Shown here one piece after another: positions 1-5,124 of a DNA stretch of 5,124 nucleotides. The stretch is from an uncultured Nitrososphaeria archaeon. Its GTDB lineage: Archaea > Thermoproteota > Nitrososphaeria_A > Caldarchaeales > Calditenuaceae. Under the pieces are notes generated by a model that saw only the letters and a list, made by a program, of their open reading frames with translations, searched no databases and was not told the origin of the DNA. The stretch spans positions 1-5,124 of the forward strand of contig CAYTRT010000049.1 in assembly GCA_964440295.1 (NCBI GenBank), read 5' to 3'. Every line of letters starts with the position of its first letter. The stretch's first letter is position 1. A program made the position numbers and the translations under genes.

Positions 1-53
1 GACTGAGGCTCCTGTCCCGTAGGGGTTCGTGGGTTCAAATCCCACCCCCCGCA
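1..53 (+). tRNA. tRNA-Leu(GAG), 3' portion only (5' half lies upstream of the window)
   Basis: Anticodon loop CTGAGGC at 3-9 gives anticodon GAG. The 3' anticodon-stem strand TCCTG is at 10-14, and window bases 1-2 (GA) fit the end of its CAGGA partner. A long 14-nt variable arm (15-28, CCC/GGG stem) marks a class II tRNA. T-arm is GTGGG-TTCAAAT-CCCAC (29-45), acceptor 3' strand is CCCCCGC (46-52), and discriminator is A53, as expected for Leu. CCA is not encoded (CCT follows). Confidence 0.8.
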
Positions 54-94
54 CCTAGAGTTCATGCACGTGTCTTGGAGCTGTTTCCCACAGC

Positions 95-102
95 TATATT
101 AA
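95..102 (+). promoter_or_regulatory. putative archaeal TATA box upstream of the CPBP gene
   Basis: TATATTAA lies about 35-45 nt upstream of the candidate starts (TTG 134, GTG 140, ATG 143). A purine-rich GGGAGTGA at 123-130 could act as a weak SD for ATG 143. Assigned by position and composition only. Confidence 0.3.
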
Positions 103-133
103 CTATGCTGAGGATTTTATCAGGGAGTGATTT

Positions 134-960
134 TTGAGCGTGATGGGTGATAGATATAAGAGGCGTAGATTATCTCTATACTTTGGGATTGCCTATGCCT
201 TCTCGTGGTTGTTTTGGTTTCCTCAAGCGCTAGCTTCGACAGGCTTACTATTAGTCCCGTCATTTTTCGCTGAGTTCCTGTTCAGTCCTTTCAACCCTGC
301 TGCGTTTGGACCTCTGGTCGCAGCCTTCCTACTGACATATCTAGATGAGGGAGGAGAAGGATTAAAGAACTTGCTGAAGAGAGGAGTGGACTACAGGTTT
401 GGGAAGATATGGTACGTTCCAATCTTCTTCCTCTTCCCCGCCATGAACGGCGGCGCGCTTCTGCTCGCAGTAATTAGCGGAGAGACCCTACCTGAGCTCT
501 CAGTGCTGTCTAACCCATTCATGATAGCGGTAGCCTTTGTCTACATATTCTTTCTAGGAGGGCCATTTCAAGAAGAGTGGGGCTGGAGAGGATATGCCCT
601 AGATAGACTACAGGCGAGATGGAACGCACTTGTCTCGAGTTTGATTCTCGGAGTGCTATGGGGAGCATGGCACCTCCCACTATTCTTTATAGAGGGAACA
701 TTACAGTCTCAAACACCTATATGGGGCTTCATGATCCTGATAATCAGCGGAACAATACTGTTCACCTGGATATACAACAACACGGGCGGCAGCATCTTGG
801 CAGTAATGCTCCTACATACGATGAAAACCTGTCATTCTTCATCTTTCCAACGCTCGAGACCATGCTTGGAGGTCTCTATCTACTAATCCTAAACATCATA
901 ATCGCGCTAGCAGTACTGATGATATGGGGACCAAAAACTCTGACTCGTCAAAGAAAATAG
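134..960 (+). pseudogene. CPBP family (CAAX protease / Abi) intramembrane metalloprotease, interrupted by a -1 frameshift at the A-run 824-827
   Basis: The 134..886 frame encodes a polytopic membrane protein with CPBP motif 1 EExxxR (EEWGWR, from nt 572) and motif 2 (LWGAWH). Motif 3 begins as LLHTMK and then runs out of frame (TCHSSSF...stop at 886). Frame 1 (ORF 619..960) continues from nt 826 as NLSFFIFPTLETMLGGLYLLILNIIIALAVLMIW. Joining the two restores HTMKN (HxxxN) and a final TM helix. True start may be GTG 140 or ATG 143. Confidence 0.8.
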
Positions 961-1080
961 TCCAACGTCCCTAGTAGTGAATAACAGAGCAGCCTCGAGG
1001 GCCAACCCTTGGAAGGAAAGGATTTCAGAGCTGAGAAAGCACCTCAATAGTAGCTGAGGCTGATAAGCATTGAATAATAG

Positions 1081-1088
1081 ATAAATAT
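1081..1088 (+). promoter_or_regulatory. putative TATA box for the PriS-like gene
   Basis: ATAAATAT is centred about 36 nt upstream of the TTG/GTG start at 1121/1124. This fits an archaeal promoter giving a leaderless or very short-leader mRNA. Position and composition only. Confidence 0.35.
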
Positions 1089-1120
1089 CTTTCGACTATG
1101 CTTGAGTGCAGGGCTTATAG

Positions 1121-2497
1121 TTGGTGGTTGATGAGAGGGTTCTGAGGCACTACTTAAGGGAGGATGTCCAGGCCGAGGTCTCGAAGTTCTGCAGGAATAG
1201 ATGGGTGGCGCTGGAATGCGCTCTGGCTAGTGGTAAAAGAATATTCTACAGATATCTCGATGATAGGCCAATAACGATAAACGAGCCGGCCGACGTTAAG
1301 AAGACAGTTAATAGGCTGGGCCGAAAGATTCTCAGAACGATCTACGCCACCTCTAACATCTATACTAGATTGTCAAGTAAGGACGACGTGTCTAGACTGG
1401 AGAACATATCTAGGTCTACGCCCAGCATAGACATTGACTGCTCTTTGGAGGAAGTGAGCCTCGCCATAGAGGCGGCTGAGACTATAATAGACGAACTAGG
1501 CAGGTGCGGAGTCAATGAATCGATCTACTTAGTCTGGTCTGGAAGAGGAATTCACATACACATAAACGAGAACGCTGTAAGCGAAAAATACTGGCGAAGA
1601 GACCCGGTAAATACTGGCTACATAGTCATAGAATACATTCTCGGACAATGCAAGGAAAAACTGGTCGAGATATGCAGGAGGTCGAGGTCAGTCGATAGGA
1701 GATTAAAGATCGAGAACTTAATGGACATTCAGAGAGTCTTCACTGCACCGCTCAGCCTACATCGTGAGTTAGACCTAGTTGCAGTTACCATCAGTCCCGA
1801 TGACCTAGGATCATTCAGCTTAGAGTGGGCCGGCATGGATAATTTTCGCTACTGGAGGGAATGGGATAGATACGTCGAGGGAGAAGCAGACCGATTAGTT
1901 GAGGAAGCCACAAAATCAACACCTCTAGAATTAGAGAAGAGAACGCAGATAGGTGGAGAGGAGTTGACAGCAGCTGCCCAGCAGGCAAGAAACCCACCAG
2001 CCACGGCGCCGAGGATCGGCAGGTTCCAAGTGATGGCTCTCCTACAAGCTGCTAGACACTACTTGATCAGAGGCGACTACGACTTGGCCAGATCCTTCGG
2101 ACTAAACAGGGCGATATTCTACGCCTGGGCAAAGAAGAGAGGTGTAAGGGCCACGCATAGGCCGGGGCCATCGATGGGCCGAGAAACACTCACTACCACC
2201 ATCACGAGAAACGAGGTCGAAGAAAAGATCGGAGACGAAGTAGTGTTCAGAAGGGTGGATGGATGGTACACGATAGGCGGAGACGAGCAACGGCCAGAGG
2301 ACTTCGACAGACAGATAGCAAGCAAGTTCGGAGACGAAAAGACATTCAAGAAATATTGGGAGAGTGCTATCGAGTATCTCAAGAGCTTTCCCAGACCAAT
2401 GATTGAGAGCCAGAAGGATTTCTTCGAGAAGATCTACCTACCAGTAAGGGACGATCCGGAAAAGCTGCTCAGAAAGGATAGGGAAGGATCCACATAA
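1121..2497 (+). CDS. PriS-like archaeo-eukaryotic primase (AEP) superfamily protein with an uncharacterised C-terminal domain
   Basis: 458-aa ORF. AEP motifs occur in canonical order: motif I SIDIDC (D104/D106, nt 1430-1438); motif II VWSGRGIHIHI (H145, nt 1538-1555); motif III NLMDIQRVFTAPLSLH (D202 at nt 1724, H214 at nt 1760). The N-terminal layout resembles PriS (RHYL...RWVALE...FYRYL...IYATSNIY). Only non-ATG starts are available (TTG 1121 or GTG 1124, directly after an in-frame TAG). No zinc-knuckle cysteines lie between motifs I and II. Residues about 297-458 have no motif I recognise. Confidence 0.75.
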   Translation: MVVDERVLRHYLREDVQAEVSKFCRNRWVALECALASGKRIFYRYLDDRPITINEPADVKKTVNRLGRKILRTIYATSNIYTRLSSKDDVSRLENISRSTPSIDIDCSLEEVSLAIEAAETIIDELGRCGVNESIYLVWSGRGIHIHINENAVSEKYWRRDPVNTGYIVIEYILGQCKEKLVEICRRSRSVDRRLKIENLMDIQRVFTAPLSLHRELDLVAVTISPDDLGSFSLEWAGMDNFRYWREWDRYVEGEADRLVEEATKSTPLELEKRTQIGGEELTAAAQQARNPPATAPRIGRFQVMALLQAARHYLIRGDYDLARSFGLNRAIFYAWAKKRGVRATHRPGPSMGRETLTTTITRNEVEEKIGDEVVFRRVDGWYTIGGDEQRPEDFDRQIASKFGDEKTFKKYWESAIEYLKSFPRPMIESQKDFFEKIYLPVRDDPEKLLRKDREGST

Positions 2498-3739
2498 CTA
2501 GGCAGAAACTCTGGCCTTCTCCTCTAAGTAAGTATCGACTACGATCCTAGCTATCTCCTTCTTCGGTCTCATCCCCGTCTTTAATATCTTCAGCGACTGA
2601 GTAACTATCGTGACCTCATTGAGGTCTGAGCCGAAGCCGACCTCTCTCCTCGAGACGTCGTTAATCACAATCATCATGACTCCTGCCTCTGACTGCAGCA
2701 TCCTAAACTCCGCCACTGGGTCTTCCACAGGACCATACACAGCCCTGAACGCAACTATGTCTACGTCTGGACTAGCCTTTCTAAGCATTTGTATCGCCTT
2801 ACCCGTCCTGACCAGCCTCATGGTTATTGACTCTTGGGACCTACTATCAATTTTTCCAGGAGTCCTCTCAGACGGCTTGTAGTCAGTTATGGCGGCCGCC
2901 GCGAACACTGCGTCAGGCCTGGTCCTCTGAGCCTCCTCTAACAGCTTAGAGACCATCTCGTCAGCAGAGGTAATACTTATCGCATTTACACCTCGGGGAA
3001 TCTTCTCGCCTGTCGGACCATGTATGAGAGTGACTTCAGCTCCCAGCCTCTTCAGATGCCTCGCTATCTCGATCCCCATCTTCCCCGAGCTGGCGTTTGT
3101 TATGAATCTGACATCGTCTATGCTCTCCCTAGTCGGGCCGGCGGTTACGATGAATCTCCTGCCTTGCAGGGGCTTGGGCATCAGAGTCTCAATCACGACT
3201 TCTAGAATCTCCTCGGGTGGACGGAGCTTCGCCTTCCTCTCCTCCATCACTGGCTCAACGATCTTTATGCCCGCGTCCCTGAGCATCCTGACCGAGCGTG
3301 TAAACAGTGGGTTAAAGAGCATGGTGTCGTGTGCCGCGGGCACGATGATTATAGGTATACCGGCGCCCAGAGCGCAAGATGCTAGAAGTGTGACTGAGTT
3401 GTCGGCGACTCCACTAGCAATCTTGGCGACCGTGTTTGCCGTCGCCGGCGCTATCAGCACTAGGTCTACCTTGCCCTCAGACTCGGTCAGCGCGACGTGC
3501 TCTATCCTGCCAGTTATCTCTACGATGGGATCGTTACCAGTCGCCCACCTCATTATCTCGGGGCTGATAAGCCTCGCCGCGTTCCTCGTCATGACTGGGA
3601 TCACGTCTGCTCCATGCCTAATCAATAAACGAGCAATGTCCGGAGCCCTGTAGCAAGACACGCTCGAGGTGACGCAGAGGGCAATCCTCCTGCCCTTAAG
3701 CTCATCGCCCCAGCTACCCCTAATATCGATGCTCGACAT
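2498..3739 (-). CDS. coaBC: bifunctional phosphopantothenoylcysteine decarboxylase / phosphopantothenate--cysteine ligase (CoaBC, Dfp)
   Basis: 413 aa. The N-terminal flavoprotein (HFCD) domain has RIALCVTSSVSCYRAPDIARLLIRHGADVIPVMT and LIAPATANTVAKIASGVADN. The C-terminal DFP/CoaB domain has VTAGPTRESIDDVRFITNASSGKMG, AAAITDYKP and GKIDS. ATG start at 3739; its stop directly abuts the stop of the upstream convergent gene. Confidence 0.93.
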   Translation of the reverse strand: MSSIDIRGSWGDELKGRRIALCVTSSVSCYRAPDIARLLIRHGADVIPVMTRNAARLISPEIMRWATGNDPIVEITGRIEHVALTESEGKVDLVLIAPATANTVAKIASGVADNSVTLLASCALGAGIPIIIVPAAHDTMLFNPLFTRSVRMLRDAGIKIVEPVMEERKAKLRPPEEILEVVIETLMPKPLQGRRFIVTAGPTRESIDDVRFITNASSGKMGIEIARHLKRLGAEVTLIHGPTGEKIPRGVNAISITSADEMVSKLLEEAQRTRPDAVFAAAAITDYKPSERTPGKIDSRSQESITMRLVRTGKAIQMLRKASPDVDIVAFRAVYGPVEDPVAEFRMLQSEAGVMMIVINDVSRREVGFGSDLNEVTIVTQSLKILKTGMRPKKEIARIVVDTYLEEKARVSA

Positions 3740-3804
3740 CTCGCCTCAAATAACCCTAACAGTCCATCAGATAAAGATGTAGACTTCGCCGCTCTCGGCC
3801 GAAT

Positions 3805-3876
3805 AGCCCCGGGCGGGGGTCGAACCCGCGACCTGCCGCTTACAAGGCGGCCGCTCTGCCACTGAGCTACCGGGGC
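3805..3876 (-). tRNA. tRNA-Thr(UGU)
   Basis: Read on the minus strand: acceptor GCCCCGG/CCGGGGC (7 perfect bp), D-arm GCTC-AGTGGCA-GAGC, anticodon arm GCCGC-CTTGTAA-GCGGC (anticodon TGT), variable loop AGGTC, T-arm GCGGG-TTCGACC-CCCGC, discriminator U. No intron and no encoded CCA. Confidence 0.92.
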
Positions 3877-3900
3877 CCCATCAGCCGTGCTCTAAGGCTG

Positions 3901-3907
3901 TATTTTA
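3901..3907 (-). promoter_or_regulatory. putative TATA box for tRNA-Thr
   Basis: TAAAATA on the minus strand is centred about 28 nt upstream of the tRNA 5' end (3876), the canonical archaeal TATA-to-start spacing. Confidence 0.4.
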
Positions 3908-3928
3908 GTTTCTATCACTGCTCCAGAG

Positions 3929-3938
3929 ATATATATTA
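3929..3938 (+). promoter_or_regulatory. putative TATA box for the MarC-family gene (divergent from the tRNA-Thr promoter)
   Basis: ATATATATTA lies about 30-35 nt upstream of the TTG start at 3967. An in-frame TAG at 3937-3939 limits any longer N-terminus. Confidence 0.35.
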
Positions 3939-3966
3939 GGTATTACGTTGGCTCATTGATTCTGGA

Positions 3967-4566
3967 TTGATCGAGTCGTTCATCGAGGAGCTGCTCAGAG
4001 CAACGGTCGCGCTTTTCGTCGTAGTAGACCCATTCGGGAACATTCCAATATTCGTCGAGCTGACGAGCTCACTCGACTCTAACGAGCGTAAAAAAATTTT
4101 TGACACGGCGGTCATGAGTGGTTCGCTGCTACTACTGCTGTTCGCATTTGCAGGCCATCAGCTATTACTCCTCTTCGGGATCAGCCTGCATAGCTTCATG
4201 ATTGCTGGTGGAATACTGCTCCTCCTAATATCTCTCCAAATACTGATTCAGGGAGGCGAGAAGTGGCTTCAGGAATCTAAGGGTCGTGTGGGCGTCTTCC
4301 CGATTGGTTTCCCCCTCCTCGCCGGCCCAGGTGCAATCACGACAACCATGATAGCGATAAACGCCTACGGGCCCTTGATAGCCGTCATGTCCATAATAAT
4401 CGTCATGCTTTTAACATGGTATATAGTTAGGTCGACGAGCATGATCTACAACTTTATGGGGAAAGCGGGCCTAGACGTCATTGCGAAGATCATGGCAGTG
4501 TTCTTAGCAGCCATAGCGGTAGAATACATGATTAGGGGAATAAGGTCCGAGATAGGCTGGGATTAA
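3967..4566 (+). CDS. MarC family (UPF0056) integral membrane protein
   Basis: 199 aa with about 6 hydrophobic segments. The family-typical N-terminal signature VVVDPFGNIPIFVELTSSL sits about 20 aa from the start, and a second glycine/proline-rich half repeat is present (FPIGFPLLAGPGAITT). TTG is the first possible start after the in-frame stop. Confidence 0.85.
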   Translation: MIESFIEELLRATVALFVVVDPFGNIPIFVELTSSLDSNERKKIFDTAVMSGSLLLLLFAFAGHQLLLLFGISLHSFMIAGGILLLLISLQILIQGGEKWLQESKGRVGVFPIGFPLLAGPGAITTTMIAINAYGPLIAVMSIIIVMLLTWYIVRSTSMIYNFMGKAGLDVIAKIMAVFLAAIAVEYMIRGIRSEIGWD

Positions 4567-4910
4567 TGCAAAAATTAAGTAGTAGCCCCGTCTCTATTTC
4601 TGTAAAGAAAGGCATGAGGAACAGGTCGAGCGTGCTTAACGTCAACCCACTCACAGTCGTGGTAATAATAGTCGTATTCTTCATCATTCTGGCCGCGCTT
4701 GACTACTTCGCCATAACCCTCATCTCCCTGATAGCGACGCTGCTAATGGGGAGTAGTTCGTCGCCGAGATATCTCTACACCGGTGTCCTCACGAGGCTCA
4801 CCGACCCAGTAGGACTATCGGTCACGATCCTCGTAGTCACACTGTCTGCCGTGATAACTTACGCACTGTTCTCAGGATGGATAAAGAGAAACAAGACGGG
4901 AAAAACGTAG
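4566..4910 (+). CDS. hypothetical small membrane protein (about 3 TM segments), start overlapping the MarC stop
   Basis: The ATG at 4566 overlaps the MarC TAA (TAATG, 1-nt overlap). The 114-aa product has a basic N-terminus followed by hydrophobic stretches VVVIIVVFFIILAAL, AITLISLIATLL and SVTILVVTLSAVITYALF. No recognisable family motif. An alternative start is ATG 4614. An oligo-T follows the stop. Confidence 0.5.
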   Translation: MQKLSSSPVSISVKKGMRNRSSVLNVNPLTVVVIIVVFFIILAALDYFAITLISLIATLLMGSSSSPRYLYTGVLTRLTDPVGLSVTILVVTLSAVITYALFSGWIKRNKTGKT

Positions 4911-4932
4911 TCATTACTGCCTTGATAAATCA

Positions 4933-4937
4933 TTTTT
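4933..4937 (+). terminator. oligo-T tract, candidate archaeal intrinsic terminator after the MarC/small-ORF pair
   Basis: TTTTT lies 23 nt downstream of the stop at 4910. Archaeal RNA polymerase terminates at short T-runs. Inferred from position only. Confidence 0.3.
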
Positions 4938-4948
4938 CTGGAATAGAT

Positions 4949-4956
4949 TTTAAATA
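4949..4956 (+). promoter_or_regulatory. putative TATA box for tRNA-Tyr
   Basis: TTTAAATA is centred about 33 nt upstream of the mature tRNA 5' end (4986), within an AT-rich spacer. Confidence 0.4.
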
Positions 4957-4985
4957 TTAGTTGATATTTTATTCATGACGGAAGT

Positions 4986-5108
4986 CCCGGCGTAGCTCAG
5001 CCTGGTAGAGCGTCCGGCTGTAGAGGCAAGCCAACAGGCTGTGGCCTATCTCAGCCTACCAGGCGTACAGAGACCGGAGGGCCGCAGGTTCAAATCCTGC
5101 CGCCGGGA
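4986..5108 (+). tRNA. tRNA-Tyr(GUA) with a 49-nt intron at the canonical 37/38 position
   Basis: Acceptor CCCGGCG/CGCCGGG carries the archaeal/eukaryal Tyr identity pair C1-G72 and discriminator A. D-arm GCTC-AGCCTGGTA-GAGC; anticodon stem TCCGG (5013-5017) / CCGGA (5074-5078); loop CT-GTA-G...A; variable loop GGGCC; T-arm GCAGG-TTCAAAT-CCTGC. CCA not encoded. Confidence 0.9.
5024..5072 (+). other. tRNA-Tyr intron (bulge-helix-bulge type, relaxed outer helix)
   Basis: A 4-bp central helix CTGT (5018-5021) / ACAG (5067-5070) is flanked by two identical 3-nt bulges AGA (5022-5024 and 5071-5073). Symmetric cleavage in the bulges gives exactly the 37/38 junction. The outer intron helix is weak (G-U then mismatches), so the motif is HBh'-like. 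A 1-nt boundary ambiguity is possible. Confidence 0.7.
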
Positions 5109-5118
5109 CATATTTATA

Positions 5119-5123
5119 TTTTT
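5119..5123 (+). terminator. oligo-T tract downstream of tRNA-Tyr
   Basis: TTTTT begins 11 nt after the tRNA 3' end. The window ends immediately afterwards. Confidence 0.3.
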
Positions 5124-5124
5124 C

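Noticed and set aside
29-45. Similarity between the tRNA-Leu T-arm and the tRNA-Tyr T-arm (GGTTCAAATCC, also at 5087-5097) as possible att-site direct repeats
   Set aside because: The shared 11 nt is the universally conserved T-loop region. The flanking acceptor sequences differ, so this is not an integration repeat.
619-825. 5' part of ORF 619..960 as an independent overlapping gene
   Set aside because: Only the segment from nt 826 onward makes sense, as the hydrophobic C-terminal TM helix that completes the CPBP HxxxN motif. The upstream part (MERTCLEFDSRSAMGS...) is an out-of-frame read of the CPBP gene.
961-1120. 160-nt intergenic spacer checked for a C/D-box sRNA or other ncRNA (GTGAATA near 977, CTGA at 1031 and 1060, AGCTGAG repeated at 1029 and 1052)
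   Set aside because: There is no proper C box (RUGAUGA), no C'/D' pair and no convincing terminal stem on either strand. The 7-nt repeat is too short to be meaningful. The 3' end of the spacer is better explained as the promoter of the downstream gene.
1815-2382. Minus-strand ORFs 1815..1997, 2102..2290 and 2119..2382, antisense to the PriS-like gene
   Set aside because: They are short (60-87 aa), overlap each other and the well-supported plus-strand CDS, and have no promoter context or recognisable motifs. They are most likely spurious.
2893-2900. GCGGCCGC palindromes, here and inside tRNA-Thr (3849-3856)
   Set aside because: These are short GC-rich palindromes explained by the coding sequence (AAA codons of the CoaB AAAITDY motif) and by the tRNA anticodon stem. 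They are not a repeat family.
3290-3360. The CoaC domain shows PAAHDTM where E. coli Dfp has PAMNxxM, and has no cysteine in the region matching the bacterial substrate clamp
   Set aside because: This comparison rests only on my recollection of the bacterial motif. Archaeal CoaBC proteins are divergent here, and all other flavoprotein and CoaB motifs are intact. It would need an alignment with characterised archaeal enzymes before being called unusual.
3024-3653. Long plus-strand ORF (209 aa), plus ORFs 3020..3205 and 2610..2882, antisense to coaBC
   Set aside because: They lie entirely inside the strongly supported coaBC CDS on the opposite strand. Their products are low-complexity Ser/Leu/Ala/Thr-rich sequences with no motifs. 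They are typical shadow ORFs of a moderately GC-rich gene.
4090-4101. A7T5 homopolymer pair (AAAAAAATTTTT) inside the MarC-family CDS as a possible slippery site or premature terminator
   Set aside because: It reads in frame as K-K-I-F within a loop of an otherwise intact protein. It is not in X_XXY_YYZ register with the reading frame, and no alternative-frame ORF follows. Some T5-mediated attenuation cannot be excluded, but nothing in the sequence supports it.

Overview
The window looks like an archaeal chromosomal segment of about 50% GC, probably from a hyperthermophilic crenarchaeote or other TACK-type lineage. Supporting signs are an intron-containing tRNA-Tyr with a C1-G72 pair, tRNAs without encoded CCA, A/T-rich TATA-like boxes about 27-35 nt upstream of genes, very short or absent leaders, and abutting or overlapping genes. 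Order of features: 3' part of tRNA-Leu(GAG); a CPBP/Abi-family intramembrane protease gene broken by a -1 frameshift inside its third catalytic motif; a 458-aa PriS-like archaeo-eukaryotic primase (AEP) protein; convergent bifunctional CoaBC; tRNA-Thr(UGU) on the minus strand; a MarC/UPF0056 membrane protein whose stop overlaps the start of a small hypothetical membrane protein; and tRNA-Tyr(GUA) with a 49-nt intron. I see no CRISPR array, transposase, integrase, toxin-antitoxin pair or known defence cassette. The one candidate for something undescribed is the PriS-like gene. It keeps the AEP catalytic motifs (DxD, SGxRGxH, D...SLH) but has no zinc-knuckle insert, and it carries a cysteine-free C-terminal domain of about 170 aa that I cannot assign. 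Whether it is this lineage's ordinary replicative PriS or an extra paralogue or mobile-element relic cannot be settled from this window. The rest is ordinary housekeeping content.
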